Positions 21,120 through 35,472 of a DNA stretch of 64,000 nucleotides are shown here, piece after piece. Origin of the DNA: Salpingoeca rosetta (Eukaryota; Protista; Choanoflagellata); the NCBI GenBank assembly GCA_033442325.1, contig JAWQFM010000030.1:719855-783854 (forward strand). The letters run 5' to 3'. Under the pieces are notes generated by a model that saw only the letters and a list, made by a program, of their open reading frames with translations, was not told where the DNA came from and made no database searches. A program made the translations under genes and the position numbers. Every line of letters starts with the position of its first letter. Position 1 is the first letter of the stretch.

Positions 21120-23515
21120 ACACACATAACACACAAACACACAGAATGCGCCAGATCATGCAGACTGGCGGGACGCAGGTGAACGCCCTCATCCAGGCGA
21201 GCGCAAGGCAAGGAGCTCTGGCAAGATGCCCGAGGCCACGGGCCAAGGCGACGCGCCAACCGACAAGAGCATCAAGCGCCTGGCACAGGAGGCAGGCCTG
21301 GACACCAAGAAGAAGAAGCTGCTTGTGTTTGACGACGTCGCCCTGACAAACGAGGATGGCGACGTGTGTGTGTATGTGTGTGTGTGTGTGCTACACGTAC
21401 ATCCTTAAGCTGCTGCTCTTCCCACTGCAACAGTTGTTCCTTTCTCTTCTGTTGGTGCTATGACCTTTCTTTCGTGTTCCGTCCACGTTGCGTGCGTTGG
21501 CTCAGTTCTTTGGCTCACACCATCGACACACTTCAGTACAGCTACTCATCCATCCAACAACACTTCCCTCTCACGAACAAAAAACCGCACATCCATTTCA
21601 GCACCAGTCTTCCCAGGATCTTATGCATATCAAGCAGCCAAGCAGACACGCACTCCTACTCTCGTCTCTCTGAGGCCTCCTGGCAGCTGTCCTTCTGCTT
21701 CTTCTGAGCAGGGCGGCTACTCCTACATCAACGCCAGCCCCGATGGCCGCCTGCTGGTAGCTGAGTCGTTTGTGTGGGACATGCACAGGCTGACATGCAA
21801 GCAGCGCGTGCCCATCACAGCAACCGACATGGTGTGGACCAAGGACGGCAAGCACCTCATCGGCCCCTCTTACTCCCCTACTCCCGCGTGTTCATCTGCG
21901 GCCTCGGTGCACATGAGGCTGAACGCACAGTCATCTACGAGGATCCTTTCCTTGGCGCTGAGCTTGCATGCGCCGCCGCGTCCGATGGCGTCATCGAGAG
22001 GTGGCAGAAGGTGCTTTACGAGTGCAAGCTGCACCGCGTCCTAGACCTCAAGTGCCTGGCGGTCGTGCCGTCCACCTTCGAGCACACGCATTGCATGACA
22101 CTCACGCCCACCCTGTACATCGCGGGCAACAAGACGGGCGTCATCTCTTTGTGGCAGCTTGGTGAGCCATCGACCTTGCTTGCAGAGTGGAGGGCTGATG
22201 TTGTCGGTAATGGCGAGGAGACGATACAAGACGTGGGCGGAGAAGCAGCGAGAGGGGAAGTAGAGGCGGAACCGGCGAGCAAGGAGCGTAAGCGTACTGG
22301 CGTGGATGCGTTGCGTGTCACCCCTGATGGCCGCTTCCTGGTGACTGCGTCCACCTCCACCGACTTGCGCGTGTGGGATCTCAGCACCCTCACATCCACA
22401 CGATCAGCAACAACACAACATGAAGGCACAGCAGCAGTGGCGCCAACAACGACAATAGCAGCAACAACAACGACACGCCCGTTTGTGTTGATCGTGCGAC
22501 GTTGGCACAACCCAAAGAGGTCACGGGCGTTCGTGTCCCGCACATTGCAGCGCTTGCGGACAGCAGCAACAAGTTTGCCTTCGCATACGGAAACACAGTG
22601 CACTTCTACGTCATTGACCACCACCAGCATGACCACCACCAGCAGCAACAACGGCAGCATGACCAGCAGCAGCAGCAACAACAGCAGCAGGAGCGGCAGC
22701 AGTAGTGGTGTGAGCGGGCGCTGACGCGTGCGGCGGTGTTGGATGACTTGTTTGTGAACGAGGCTGATCTGCACGCCAACATGACCGCCACCACCATGGC
22801 GACCCACCCAACTGATGACAGCCTGCTGGCGATTGACACTGCGCGAGGTGATGTGGTTGTGTGCGACGTCGCCAACCACAAGGTCCTCAGCAAGCTCAAA
22901 GTGAGCAGAAACGCTCCGGTCAAGTTTGGTGTCTTTGCCCGTCACAGCAGCGTCTTGTTGGTCAACTCTGTTGAGAGCGTGATCAAGTGCGACTACAGCA
23001 CCGGTCAGCACACCACCATACTGCATCGCAATGACAGAGCAGATGACATGGTCACGTGCGACCACCAGCACCTGCTCACTGTTTCAAGCAGCGTTTCGCG
23101 AGGCAGGGTTGCCCTGTGGGCGCTGGGACCGACCCTGAACCGCGCCATGATCCCCACACAGCAGTTTGACCTGTGCCACCTCCGCCCAACGACAGACCCC
23201 AGATGCCGCCCCTACGTCATTGTGCCCATTGTTGTTCCACCAGCAACACCTCCCGCAGATACGCAAATGCTTGACGACTACGATGTCACTGCGTTGCCGA
23301 ACGTACCTGACATCATCTGCCAAGCATCTCGACCAGGCAAAGAAGATGATGGAGGCGGCTACGTCGACTTCTTTTGTCCTGGACTGCCTAATCCATCTGG
23401 CATAATCGCGGTGGTGCTGGACGCATTCTGCTTCATCACACAGGCCATCCGCGAGACACGGTGCAAACGACAACAGCACCACCAGGTGACAAGGATGGCA
23501 ACCAAGTGCAGCTGA
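20860..23515 (+). pseudogene. Frameshifted WD40-repeat protein gene
   Basis: SPDGRLLVA, GVISLWQL, VTPDGRFLVTASTSTDLRVWDL and VALWAL are distributed over successive ORFs in different frames (21460-22044, 21774-22724, 22736-23515). Confidence 0.6.
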
Positions 23516-24599
23516 CACTGGAGGGACTTGCTCGAAGGACTGGTGCGAGGGGTTCAAGTGCAGCAGCAACAACAGCAACACTTGCTTCGTGTGTCTTTTT
23601 TGCCCTGCAGTACCCTGACACACAGTGGTGGCTGGTGGATGACTGCGGCCTTCTTGTCGTTGTTGTTGCAGGCCACCTTGCACTTGGCTGTTTGGCTGCA
23701 CTGCAAGTGGCACCATGCCATGTGGCTGTTGTCTTGAGCAGTGCTGTGTTCTGTGCTCTGCTTTCCTCTCTTGCTTGGATGTGCGTGTTGGTGTTGCGCG
23801 TGTGCCCGTGTGTGAGGGCTGTTGTCGCTTCTTCATGTCTTGGCTCTGTCCCACTGTACTGTTGGGAAACGATTGAACATGCAAGATGGAATCACCGCAA
23901 CACGGCAACCAGCAACCAAACACACAACACTGACAAGGGAGAGCGGCAGAGCAGAGAACAGCAAGAGGGAAGGAAGGCAGGGAGGAAGGAAGGAAATTGA
24001 GTATGCACGGCGTGCATGTGAACAAACAGCCAACGCAATGGCAACAACAGTGACACATCATCAAACACCGCATGACACACTGCAACGCTGCTCTGTCGAT
24101 GGCCGGCCTGATGGAAGAAAGAGGCGCACGCGTGCACCAGCCACGACGCGGTGGTTTCTCAGATGGGAAGTGATTTGATTGGCAGCCGTCTCGCCATCGC
24201 CGTCATCGGTGTACACACACGCCAATTGCACAGCCAACCACAGAGGGAGGGTTGCTGCGTGCCGTGCAATTTCACATACATCCACCTTCTTCTTAATTGC
24301 TGTTGTCGCTCATCGCAACAACTGCTGTTGTCAGCGGTGGCACCAACAACAGCCAGCACATGGGTGCCCACCAGAATCACGATGGCCACCTCCTTGCTGT
24401 TGCTGGAACTCGTGAGGAATGCAAGCACATTCACCACCACCACCTCATCAGCTGTCGCTGCTGTAGCCATGGCGTGCACCACGACCACCACAACCACTGC
24501 TGCTGCTAGCGGTACGCCGTGGTGGTCCAAGAGCCAACTGCATCCGATGCCTTGAGCTCGTTGCTGTCGTTGGTGGTGGTGGTGGCGGCGGCAGTGCTG

Positions 24600-27500
24600 G
24601 GATGATGATGCTGACGTGGGAGGTGAAGGTGGCATGTGATGGCAGCACTCGATCACAACAGGTGCAATGATGGTGGCTGTTGTTGCTGTCCTGGTGGAGG
24701 AATGCGGCGTCCACGTGAACTGGCAAGCGTGCGTGCGTGTGAGGCTCCAGCAGTTGCTGTGCGATGGGTCGGATCGCGTGTGCACCCGTGCAACCAAAGG
24801 GACGAGTCGTCCAGGACACGTCGGCCTCGCACGGCGATGCGGTGGAGCCCATGACGGTGACGTCGCCAGAGACGGATCGGCTGAAGAGGAGCGCGTAAAG
24901 TCCTCGTTGAGGGAGGCGACAGTGGCGATGATGGACCCCTGGCGCAGGTCGATGCGCAGAATGAATCTGCGACGCGTCCTGCGTCGTGTTGATGGACTGC
25001 ACCAGCACGACCTCAAACGCCCCGCGGCGCGACTGCGTGCCGGCAAGGGCGTTGAACTTGGCGTCAAAGATGAGCAAAATAGAGCACGCAGGCACGCACG
25101 CACGGTGGGAGCACCCCAAACTGCTCCACTGATGGTGCCGCAGAGGCGGTCTGTCGTGGCCGTGGGCGCCGACACCTCGTACTCTGTGTGCTGGCACGAG
25201 CGCACGGGCTTGCACTCGCGGTCGTTGACCAGCGACGGCGCAACGAGCTCGTGCTTTGTTTGGCAGGAACTGCGTCCACGGTGAGCAGATGCGGTTCTGC
25301 GGGCATGAGCGGGCGCGAGATGAACGTGTTGTTGTTGGGGCATATGCGGGCCCATCTGGCACTCGCGGTCTGTGCTGGTGATGGGCGCGGCTGTCTCAAA
25401 CGAGCCAGGCTCGCAGGGCGACACACGCGCATGCAGAAGCCCGTGTTGCTGTTGCGGTAGAACAGGCCCTCGATGCAGCGGCGGCACTGGCGGTCGGTGA
25501 AGATGGTGGGGCGCATAGCAGGGCGCACCATCTCCTCGTAGCCAAGGTTGCACTCCGCCACAGTAGTGCAATCGCGCTGACCAGAGAGAGGGCGGCAAAG
25601 TCCACGCCAACCTGGCACGGCGTGCTGGCGTTGCGGCGATCCAGGTCGGCGGTGCCGACCAGGCACAGGAACTGCTCGCAGGAGCCGATGGGGCCTGCAG
25701 GCACACAGTGGCCATAGGAACACGGCTGGCAGGCGGTGAGCGGGTTGCGGTCGTGGTCAGTGGTGCCGATGGGGCACGGCTCGCACTTGGTGTCGGAGGT
25801 GGAGGTGGGCGCGCGGATACGCTGCTCGCCAGCGCACTTGGTGATGAGGTGGCACAGGCGGTGCGCTCGTACTCCGTCGACGGGTTGCACTGGGTCAGGT
25901 CGCGGCAGATGCGATCCATGGTTGGCGTGGGGGCGGGGAACAGCCCAAACTGGTCCTGGTCGCACACGTCGAGCGTCATGCATGCCGTGTTGCTGGTGGC
26001 GGTGCATGGCGCGCTGCGGTACTGCTCATCGGAGCATGTGCTGCACTGCTGGCAAGACGTCGTTCTCCGAGTCGCAGGCGCGCAGGATGTATGTGTTTGG
26101 CGGGCACGCAGAGCAGCCGGCGCACTGCACGTCCTCCAGCGCGGAGCAGGCGCGAATCTCGAAGCGGCCGCTGGGGCACTCGGAGCACTCGAGCGTGGGC
26201 ACCTGGCTCTGGAAGGTGCCAAAGGAAATGTACTCCGAGGCAGCGCAACGCGACACGGGCACGCACGTGTCCTGGACGCACTTGCGGCAGAGGCTGTCGT
26301 GCTGGGTGCGGGGGCTCGCAAAGCGAATCGCTTTCTCATCCGGACCGCACTGCGTGACGGGGCGGCACGACTCGGCCTGGCCGTCGACGCGCTTGAAGGT
26401 GGCGCCAAGCTCGCACTGGCTGCACACGCGGTCGCTCGTCGGGATGGTGGGCTCGGCCGTCTCCTCCTCGCCGGCGTCGCACGTGGTGACGGGCAGGCAG
26501 GGCATGCCCTGGCAGGCCAGAGACAGCCTTGAAGGTGCCATCCAGGCACTTGTCGCAGACACGGTCGCTGATGAGGAGGGTCATCGCCTGCACCTCCTCA
26601 AACCCGGGCGCGCACTCTGTGACGTCCATGCACGAGGGTGGCGGGGTCGCTGTCGTGATGGTCGTGGTGGGTGCCAGCGCGGCAGGTGAAGCTGGAGCAG
26701 GACCCGTGGGAGCCCGCCTCCGTGTAGAGGCCAGCGGGGCACATCTGGCAACCCGTGGAGCCGTCACTGTCTGTGTCGATGGCGCCGGCCGGGCAGTCGC
26801 GGCGCACGCGGTCCGAGGAGTAGTGGGTTGGCGCGGAGATCTCCTCCTGGCCGCGCTCGCACTCCTCAATGGCCTCGCACTTGCTGCCGCCAATGGATGC
26901 GGAGAACTCCGTCACGCCGTCGCATGGTCGACAGTCGGCCGAGTCGGCGTCGTAGACAAGCATGAAGCCAGCACTGCACTCGCACGTGTCTGTGCAGCCT
27001 GGGCAGGAGCGGCGTGCCTCATAGGCGTCCATCTGGCGAGTGTTGCGGATGCCATCCTCGCCCTGGCCGGAGCAGCACACGTCAAGCACCACGTCGAGCT
27101 GCTCGTCCGTGGGCTCAGCGCACACCATCTCCTCAAACAGTTGCGTGATGAGCTTGTTGCAGGTGAGCGTGTCGCAGGAGCACAGGCGGTCTGTGGTGAG
27201 CGGGGGCGGGATGGTCTCGATGAAGGGCTCCTCGCACACGCTGGTGGGGAAGCACGAGGCGCGGTCCGGCAGCGGCTGGTACTCCATGCCAAAGGGTGCA
27301 GCTCACGCACGCGCGGTGGTCGCGCACGGCGTTGCCAGAGACAGACAAACTCCTTCTGGGCCTGTCCTGCACTCGGTCCACGGAGAGCAGACGGCGTCGT
27401 AGGACGCGGAGCATGGGGCAGAGGCCCAGGTGCCCATGCACCACGTGTGGCATGGCACGCAGCGGTGGTCCTTGGCGTAGTAGCCAGCCGAGAGGGCAAT

Positions 27501-27710
27501 GGGCAATGCGCAACTGGTGAGGTTGCTGTCGCAGAGGAGGCAGTCGGTGGCGTCCGGTGGGGTAGCACTTGGCACACGCGTGGAATGGCATTCGGCACAC
27601 CCGTTGGCCGAGCTCATGCCCGCCATCGGGGCACTCGCTGATGCAGGGGCCGTTACTGGAGGTGAGGCTTGGGTCCACAGGCCGTGCACCCATCGATGCC
27701 TAGAGAGGGA
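24600..27710 (-). pseudogene. Heavily frameshifted Cys-rich (TNFR/GCC2_GCC3-like repeat) surface receptor pseudogene
   Basis: Repeated PTxTSDRVC, CPxGTTDHD and CxPVTxC motifs switch frame every few hundred bp. Same repeat type as the receptor at 1425-8070. Confidence 0.75.
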
Positions 27711-27974
27711 GGGTGTGGAGGTGGAGGGGAACATGGGGTGAGAGGCAATAATGACAACACTGTTGTGAGTATCGAGGAACCTTGCACCGCTTCATCATCT
27801 CAAAGGACACAAAACTCAGAAGAGCCTTTGAGGACAAGCGCACGAGCACATACACAGACACACACAGACACACACAGACACACACACACACACAGACACA
27901 CAGACACACAGACACACAGACACACAGACACACACACACACACACACACACACAAAGCCAGCATTAGTCAACAT

Positions 27975-28453
27975 ACCATTGGCCCGTGATGAATTATCCT
28001 TGAGGACCCGCCGCACGGTGTTGTGCATCGTGTTGATTGTTGTGCGGTTGTGCTGCACAGCCTGCGCCAAGTTGCCGTTTGTGGTGAAGCATGTATCCCC
28101 GAGCTCCATATCTGCGCCACCGCTCAGCGTCTTCGCGACGGCATCGACGGGGTCGTGGGCGTACGTGTTGGCGTTGACCATGTCTTGCAAATTGCACAGC
28201 AGTCTGTTCCAATCGTCACCATGTCACGCTTCCACTGCCCGCGCACGACGTCTTTGAGCAGCATGTTGTTCGCACACGAGGGCACGCCGTTGATGCTGGC
28301 GTACGAGCACATGGCAGCGAGTGCCCGCGCCTGTACTGCACATGGCAGAGAGGAGTGGGATGAAGACGAGGAAGTGGGAGGTGAGGGGGATGGCGCAGGA
28401 ATGGTGGCGTGGACGAACTGACAAGAAATGCCTGATGCGAGGTGCACGAGCTG

Positions 28454-28486
<33 letters not shown>

Positions 28487-29159
28487 TACACACACACACA
28501 CACACACCTCGGTGTCCCAGAGGTCAAAGATGGAAATGTTCCGGTTGAATGCCACGCGGTTGTCTCGACCGAGTGCGCGTCAACGTGTCTGAGACCTAAA
28601 ACGCGATGGAGTGGTGACAGCAGTGTGAATGACACGACCGCCATCAAGTGCAAAAGAGGAGGCGTTGCTGACACGGTTGCGAGCGTTTGCATACACGCAT
28701 GTGTGTGAGTGTGGATGCGTGTGCGTACCTGCTGCCATTTTCTTGTACTTCTTGTCTGGGCCGTCCTGGCAGCCGGCCACGTAAGCAGCAGCGTACTCGC
28801 CGCTCAAGCAGAGATCTCAGAGGTTGAGAGGGGTGCAGTGAAGGCGAGGGCGTGGGCCTGCAAAGTGAGTGAGTGGTTGAGTGAGTGTGGGGTGTGAAGG
28901 GAGTTGGGGGGCAATGCGTGGAACTGTGATGGAGTGATCGCATACGTGTGAGATGTGCACCAGCATCACGTGATGAAGGGGGCACCTGTGAGTCTGATCT
29001 TCTGCAAGACGCCGCTGCCCCTGTGCCAGTTGAGATTGTTGAAGGCGCGCGTCTCCGTGGATATGACCTGGAAGCGAAGAACCGGTGGGTGGGGGACGAG
29101 GAGGGAGGGAATGAACGACATGAGATTTGATCAAGGAGAAGCCGACAGAGCAGACGTAG

Positions 29160-29225
<66 letters not shown>

Positions 29226-29720
29226 GGTTGAAGGCTGCGCCAAGACCTGTGGGGCCAATGAAGGTGGGTGGCACACGTGTCCTGGTTGATGATGCACGCA
29301 GAGGCAACGGCCGTGTTCGTCTCCACCAGATGCAGACACGGCGTGATGTCGAGCCTGCAATCCATGCACACACACACACACACACACATGTGAGCATGAA
29401 GAAGGGGGTGGTGTTGCTGTGAGCAGTGGTGGTGGCGGTTGATGCCGCTGTGGCACGAAGAAGTGGGGGGGGGGGGGGGAAACACAAGCAGGCAGAGTCA
29501 CAAGTCACTGCGTGGGCGCTACATGTCCTTTCCCACCTCTTGACGCCGTAGTCGAGGAAGGCGCATGGGCTGGTGACGGGATCGGGGCCAACGAGACCGG
29601 CCTTCTCCTTGAAGACTGAGGCGTCCAATGAGGTCGTCAAGGCGGGCACCGATGGGACAGACTCGTGTTGCAGAAACGGCAACTCCTTTTGTTCGCTGCA
29701 GGCAGGCACACATGGTCCTG
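27975..29720 (-). pseudogene. Glycoside hydrolase family 3 beta-xylosidase-like gene, degenerate
   Basis: RLDDLIGRLSLQ, EYAAAYVAGCQDG, FNRNISIFDLWDT, AMCSYASINGVPSCANNMLLKDVVRGQW, TDCCAI and VAKTLSGGADMELG. Frameshifts present and the C-terminal domains are missing. Confidence 0.8.
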
Positions 29721-29753
29721 ACGAGGCAAGGTGCCGACATCAGTCACGTATGA

Positions 29754-29853
29754 NNNNNNNNNNNNNNNNNNNNNNNNNNNNNNNNNNNNNNNNNNNNNNN
29801 NNNNNNNNNNNNNNNNNNNNNNNNNNNNNNNNNNNNNNNNNNNNNNNNNNNNN
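29754..29853. other. Assembly gap (100 N)
   Basis: Run of N. Confidence 1.
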
Positions 29854-30157
29854 TCTTTTTTCTTTCCTTTTAATTTCTTAATCCTTTCCGCACGTGTGAT
29901 GTCTATATTCTGGATCTGAGATTAGTGGATCTTTCTGTAAATTCTACGGTAAGCGGGTTCATTGATATTCGATTCCCCCATTTTCTGTGTTTTTCGCCGT
30001 TGATGTGTTTCTTATTCTGGGGTTTATATATTGTAAAAATAAACCCAACGAGTCTTTTCCTCTGGCGGGGGTAATTGCTGTTCTATTTTACTATTTTCTC
30101 ACCCAGACACACACACAGGCGCACACACAGACACACACACACACACACACAGACACA

Positions 30158-30207
<50 letters not shown>

Positions 30208-30482
30208 GCCGAGACTGCGCGGTGGAATTCAGCTTGGGTGTTCGCAGAAGAAGCATTGGTAGCCGTACTCAACGGCGCTTGAGTGAAAAAGTTGAAGGTG
30301 TAGCAGAGCGTGGCACACGCCTCACGCGTCATGGACGTCTGCGCCATGTTGCCAGCAAACGCAAACGTTCGATTGTCAGCGCGGTGTGTGCAAGTGTGCG
30401 AGTGTGTGTGTATGGAGGGGGGGGGGAGAAGTGTTGGTAGGTGAGAGCAGCGATGGGAGGAGGGGATGGGCACGCAAGCCGC

Positions 30483-30555
<73 letters not shown>

Positions 30556-31479
30556 TCATCTTGGTGCACTGGACGTGAGCTTGAGACGACGCTCGCCACG
30601 GTGGCTGAACAGCACACACAGCACACCGCCACCAACCACAGCAGCGCTGTCACTGCCGTTGCACGCAGCGCATCTTCCTTCTTGTCTTCTTCCCCACACA
30701 AAACACAAACACAAACAGAATTGTGCCGAGTCAGCACTTTCTACTTTGTTGTTGAAAGGGTTCACTGCTGCGTGATGGAAGGCAGACGCACAAGCACGCA
30801 CAGGCACAGACATGCACAAGCACGCACACGCAGGGGCGAACGGCTTGATGGAGCAGTGCTCTGCGTGGAGGAACGAAAGGGAAGGGGGTAACAACTGCTG
30901 TGCTGCTTGCGACCGGGACAAAAGCACGACAAGTGCACGGCAAGCCAGCCAGCAGCCCAGCCAGCAGGCAGTGAACAGCCGCAAACAAGTCTCCTTCTTG
31001 GCCGTTGCATACACATGTGTGACACCAGCCACAAACACTGTCAGTCAGCCCACCGTCTGGCAACAGCATCCAAGATGCACTCGGCAAAGGCACTGGCAAC
31101 TTGCGATTGGGGGTTTGTGGCGTCGTTACCAGCACCGGCCTCATCCACGGCATCCCTCTGATGCAACTCCCACCACCTCTGTGCTCATCATCAGCCCATC
31201 AACAACAGCAACAGCAACAACAGCAACAGCAACAACAGCAGTGGTTGACACGACCACCATCAACAGTCTGCAAACCGGTTGAGCCATGTGGGCACTGCAG
31301 ACGGCGTGCTGGCTGTCTCACAACACCCTCCTCTACGGGTCTGACCACTGATCGCAGCACGAGCACAACAGACACCACCACGCTTGATGAACTGCTGCAG
31401 GGCGGATGCAAGTGGATCAGCGGCGTGGCTGTGGACAATGGGCTTTTCCTGCCACGGCATTCCATGCAACTCGCCATCC

Positions 31480-31646
31480 ATCCTCATCGTCGATACAGCC
31501 GCAAGTGGGGTGGACACAACCATGCTGTCCGTTCCAGAAGTGGTATGGTGGTGGGTGTTGGCTGGCAACGATTTGCTGTGTCGCATGCCCTTGCTCGTCC
31601 ATCACCTGCTCCTCGTCAATCTGCGGCACTGACACAGGTAGGCGTG

Positions 31647-31700
<54 letters not shown>

Positions 31701-32556
31701 GGAAGAGAAGTGAATATTGGGTTGGCACGCACCATGTGCGACTGCTGATGCTTACACGCTTCACCACTCCTGTCTGTTCCATCTCATCACACCACTTCAG
31801 TGAATTCCACCACCGTGACGGCCTCGGTGTGTCCATGCCACTCTTCTCCATGGTGACATTCATTCATTCACACCGGAGCAGCGACGCGTTCCGCCCGCAC
31901 AAACAGGAAATACCTCGTCACCTTCAGGTCTGTGCATGCATGCATGCGTGTTGTGACGTGGTGCGATGTTAGGTTCGATGTTCACTACTGCTGCTGCTTG
32001 GGTTTTGAGAGGTTGGTGTCGCTCACTGCACCACTGCTCGCCCTTCTTGTAACCGCTGCAATCTCACTCCAAACCTGTTGTGGTGCCACTGCTTGACATG
32101 TGTCTTCTTTCCCTGTTGTGCAGACGCACTATCAAGTCTGCTCATTCTGATGCCATGCGCAACCGCCTCCCCAAGCTGCACAACGGTAGGTGTGGTGTGC
32201 TACGCGTGCGATGTGTTGTGTGCTACTGCGTTCCCTTGTGTGTTGTGTGTTGCCTCGGAGTTAGCTGGTTTTGGTACAGTGTGCGTGTCTGTCTGGATCC
32301 ACCTCACACACACACACACGCACACACATCGTCTCTTTGTATGTTTGCTTGTATATGCGCAGGGACATTGTGCTGGTGTGCGCGTGCCGGTGGTTTGGCA
32401 AAGAGCGCATGGGTCGTGAGGGCGAAGGTTGGGTATGACCCGTCGTGCAAGCAGGCAGAGGAAGAGTTCAACAAGTACACGTACACGGAGCTGGCGCTGG
32501 AGACCAAGTTTGGGCTCATCGTGGAAGGACTTGGCAACCACTCCTTCAGGTGTGTG

Positions 32557-32636
<80 letters not shown>

Positions 32637-33083
32637 GCGGACGATTTCGGTCCTGTTTGGGGTCTTGCCCACCTTCCATCTCCTGTCACACCCTTTCATG
32701 CCGCATAGATCATGGCTGCGGGTGCCATCCCCGTCATTGTCGTCGATCACTACGTGCTGGTGCGTATGGATGGATTGTACATTGTGTGTGTGTGTGTGTG
32801 CGTGTGTGTGTGTGTGCGTGTGTGTGTGTTTCTTGTGTGTCACATCACTGTGCGGATGTACCCCTCCCGTCGCTCATGGCGCTGTGGTGTGATGTTCTGG
32901 CGTTTGCTTTTTGCGCGCTTGCAGCCCTACCAGGACCTGCTGGACTGGGAGACGTTCAGCATTCGCATTCCCCGATCACAGGCTTCTCGGGGTGCGGTGA
33001 CAGATCGGTGATATGGGAATGTGAAGCGATGCGTGAGGGGTGATGTGCTTTGATGGTTTTGTGTTTGGTGATGGCTTACATGT

Positions 33084-33156
<73 letters not shown>

Positions 33157-33748
33157 ACATACACACACACACACACACAACTGTGTTCAGCTTCCGAGGA
33201 TCCTGCAGTCGATCCCTGATGAGGTGGTGGAGATGATGCAGAGACGCGTTGTGTTTGTGTTTGAGGAGTTCTTCAAGTCCATCTCCACCCAAGTGCACAC
33301 AGGTGAGGGAGTGTGTTGTTGGGACAGGGGGCTGTGCAGTGAATGTGGGGAGTATGGTTTGGTGTGTGCGTGGCTCACTTGTTCTCGTGTCCGTTCAACC
33401 ACTCTCACCATCTGCCACTCGTGTGTCTTGACTTGAATGTGCTATTTGCTACTGTCAGCACTGGAGTCTGCCAGGATCAACCTGTTCAGCGGCGACAACG
33501 CGTGGCAGGTGTGCATGTGTGTGAGTGTGTGTGTTGACGTGCGTGTTCTCTTCTCCACCCATCCACACGCCATCATCACCTCCTCATTTGCTTGTGTGTT
33601 TGCTCACATCCTTCCCATCCTCACCACCACCACCACCCTCCACGCTTGTTTTTCCTTCCTTTCGGCTGTCACAACACAGAGGGCCCTTGAGCCAGCAGCT
33701 GTCACCCCACCTCCCCCTCCACCAAGCACCACTGCTCTGGTGGGATGA
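31480..33748 (+). CDS. Exostosin-family (GT47) glycosyltransferase, multi-exon; 5' end uncertain, possibly partly degenerate
   Basis: Exons encode YTELALETKFGLIVEGLGNHSFR, IMAAGAIPVIVVDHYVL, PYQDLLDWETFSIRIP and LPRILQSIPDEVVEMMQRRV, matching the GT47 C-terminal signature. Confidence 0.75.
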
Positions 33749-35416
33749 ACACACGGGCGCTGCCATGTGATGACCATCCAGCCACCCTTGTGCGGCTGCG
33801 GAAGCAGCAACACCAACACACACCACAAACAAACAAGCGAGCGATGAGCAATGTGAGTGCATCACAGCATGTGTGTATGATGCGCACAGCATCACTGCGC
33901 GTGTTTTGTGCTCGTTGTCTCTGCTGCTCCTGTCTCCCCTTGTTGTCCCACATCAATGTGCATGCATGTGTGTGGTGGCTGTCTGTATTGCCTTGCTTGA
34001 TGCAGTGTCTCATTCGTCCTCTCATACACAACTGCTTGCACACCTGCACATTCTCCAACTTGCAGCCGCTGCTTATATTCCCCTCTCTTTCTCGCCCTCC
34101 CTGACGGCCATCACAACAACAACAACAGCAGCACCAGCCAACGCACCCTCCACCGCCGATGCAGCAGCAGCAGCGCCACCACCACCACTTGCTGCTGAAC
34201 ACATCCCTCCAACCAACCAACCAACCAACCAACCCATCGCCCGCTGCTTGCAGCTGCAGATGCGACAGCACAAGTTGCATTTTCGGCTGGAAGCGGCAGC
34301 AGCAGAGGTGAGGGAAGGCGAAGATATGTGTTGGCTGGATGGATGGATGAGGTGGGGTGGGGTGGGGTGGGGGATGCTGGGTGAGTGTGGTGTGGTGTGG
34401 TGTGGCTGGCTGGCTGATGACAGAGGACGGTAGTGCCTAAGATGGTGGTGGTGTGAGGAAGAGTGATGGATGGGGTGCAGCATGTCTTGTTCCTTCCCTT
34501 CTGTTTTCTTTTTCTCTCCCTCTTCCCTTTCTTCTCCTTCACACACATGCACGCAAAGCATCTGCAGCAGTGGCTGCAGCAGTGTAGCTGCACACATATC
34601 CATGCTCCCTCTTCCCTTCCACTCACTCGCCATGCTGGTGCTCGCACACAAACACACTTACAGGCGATGCACACTCGCAAGCAGCAGGATGAGGGAAATG
34701 TCAAGGATACTTGCCACGGGTGCCAGCTGCACTCGCCTCACACATGGTATGTGGGTGGTGATGAGTGATTGGTTGGTTGGTTGTGTGATGGGCTGGTGGT
34801 GTGATGTGGTGTGGTGAAGCGAACAAGGGAAGGGGGTTGATGGAGATGATGGTCACGCACCGACACGCACACACACACACATATGCACAGGTGGTGCGTG
34901 ATGTCAATCACTCGTTCCGCTGTGCTGACGTGATGGCTTGCTGTCTGCTTGTTTGTGTTCTGTTCCCATCCACGTTCCCTGCAACCACGCACACATGCAC
35001 AGGTGGTGAGGTACCAGCACACATCAGGATGTTGATGGAAGTGGGCTCGCATGCCGGCTGCTGCTGCTGCAACTCCCCTCGATTCGGCTGCCACTGCTGT
35101 GTTCATGCAGTGTTCCCATATGCGTGAGCAAGGTGAGCCCATCATGGATGCTTTGGTTGGCACATGGTGCATGTGTTGCTGTTGTTGCTGAGGGTGTTTG
35201 GTGTTGCTGCTGTTGTGCTTCATGCAGCAGTGTACCTGTGCAGCTCACATGCCATGTGTGTGTGTGTGTGTGCTTGTGGCTGCAGGGAGCGACTGCCTGA
35301 GGATCGTTGGAGGATGATGGGCGGGTGCACACATGATGGGTTGGGAGCAGCAGCTGTGGACACACACGTCCATGGTCATGGTGGGCACATCCAACCACAG
35401 CGACGCAATCATGTGC

Positions 35417-35472
<56 letters not shown>

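Noticed and set aside
29854-30100. AT-rich segment after the gap as foreign DNA
   Set aside because: It is short and adjacent to a contig end, most likely a low-quality read tail.
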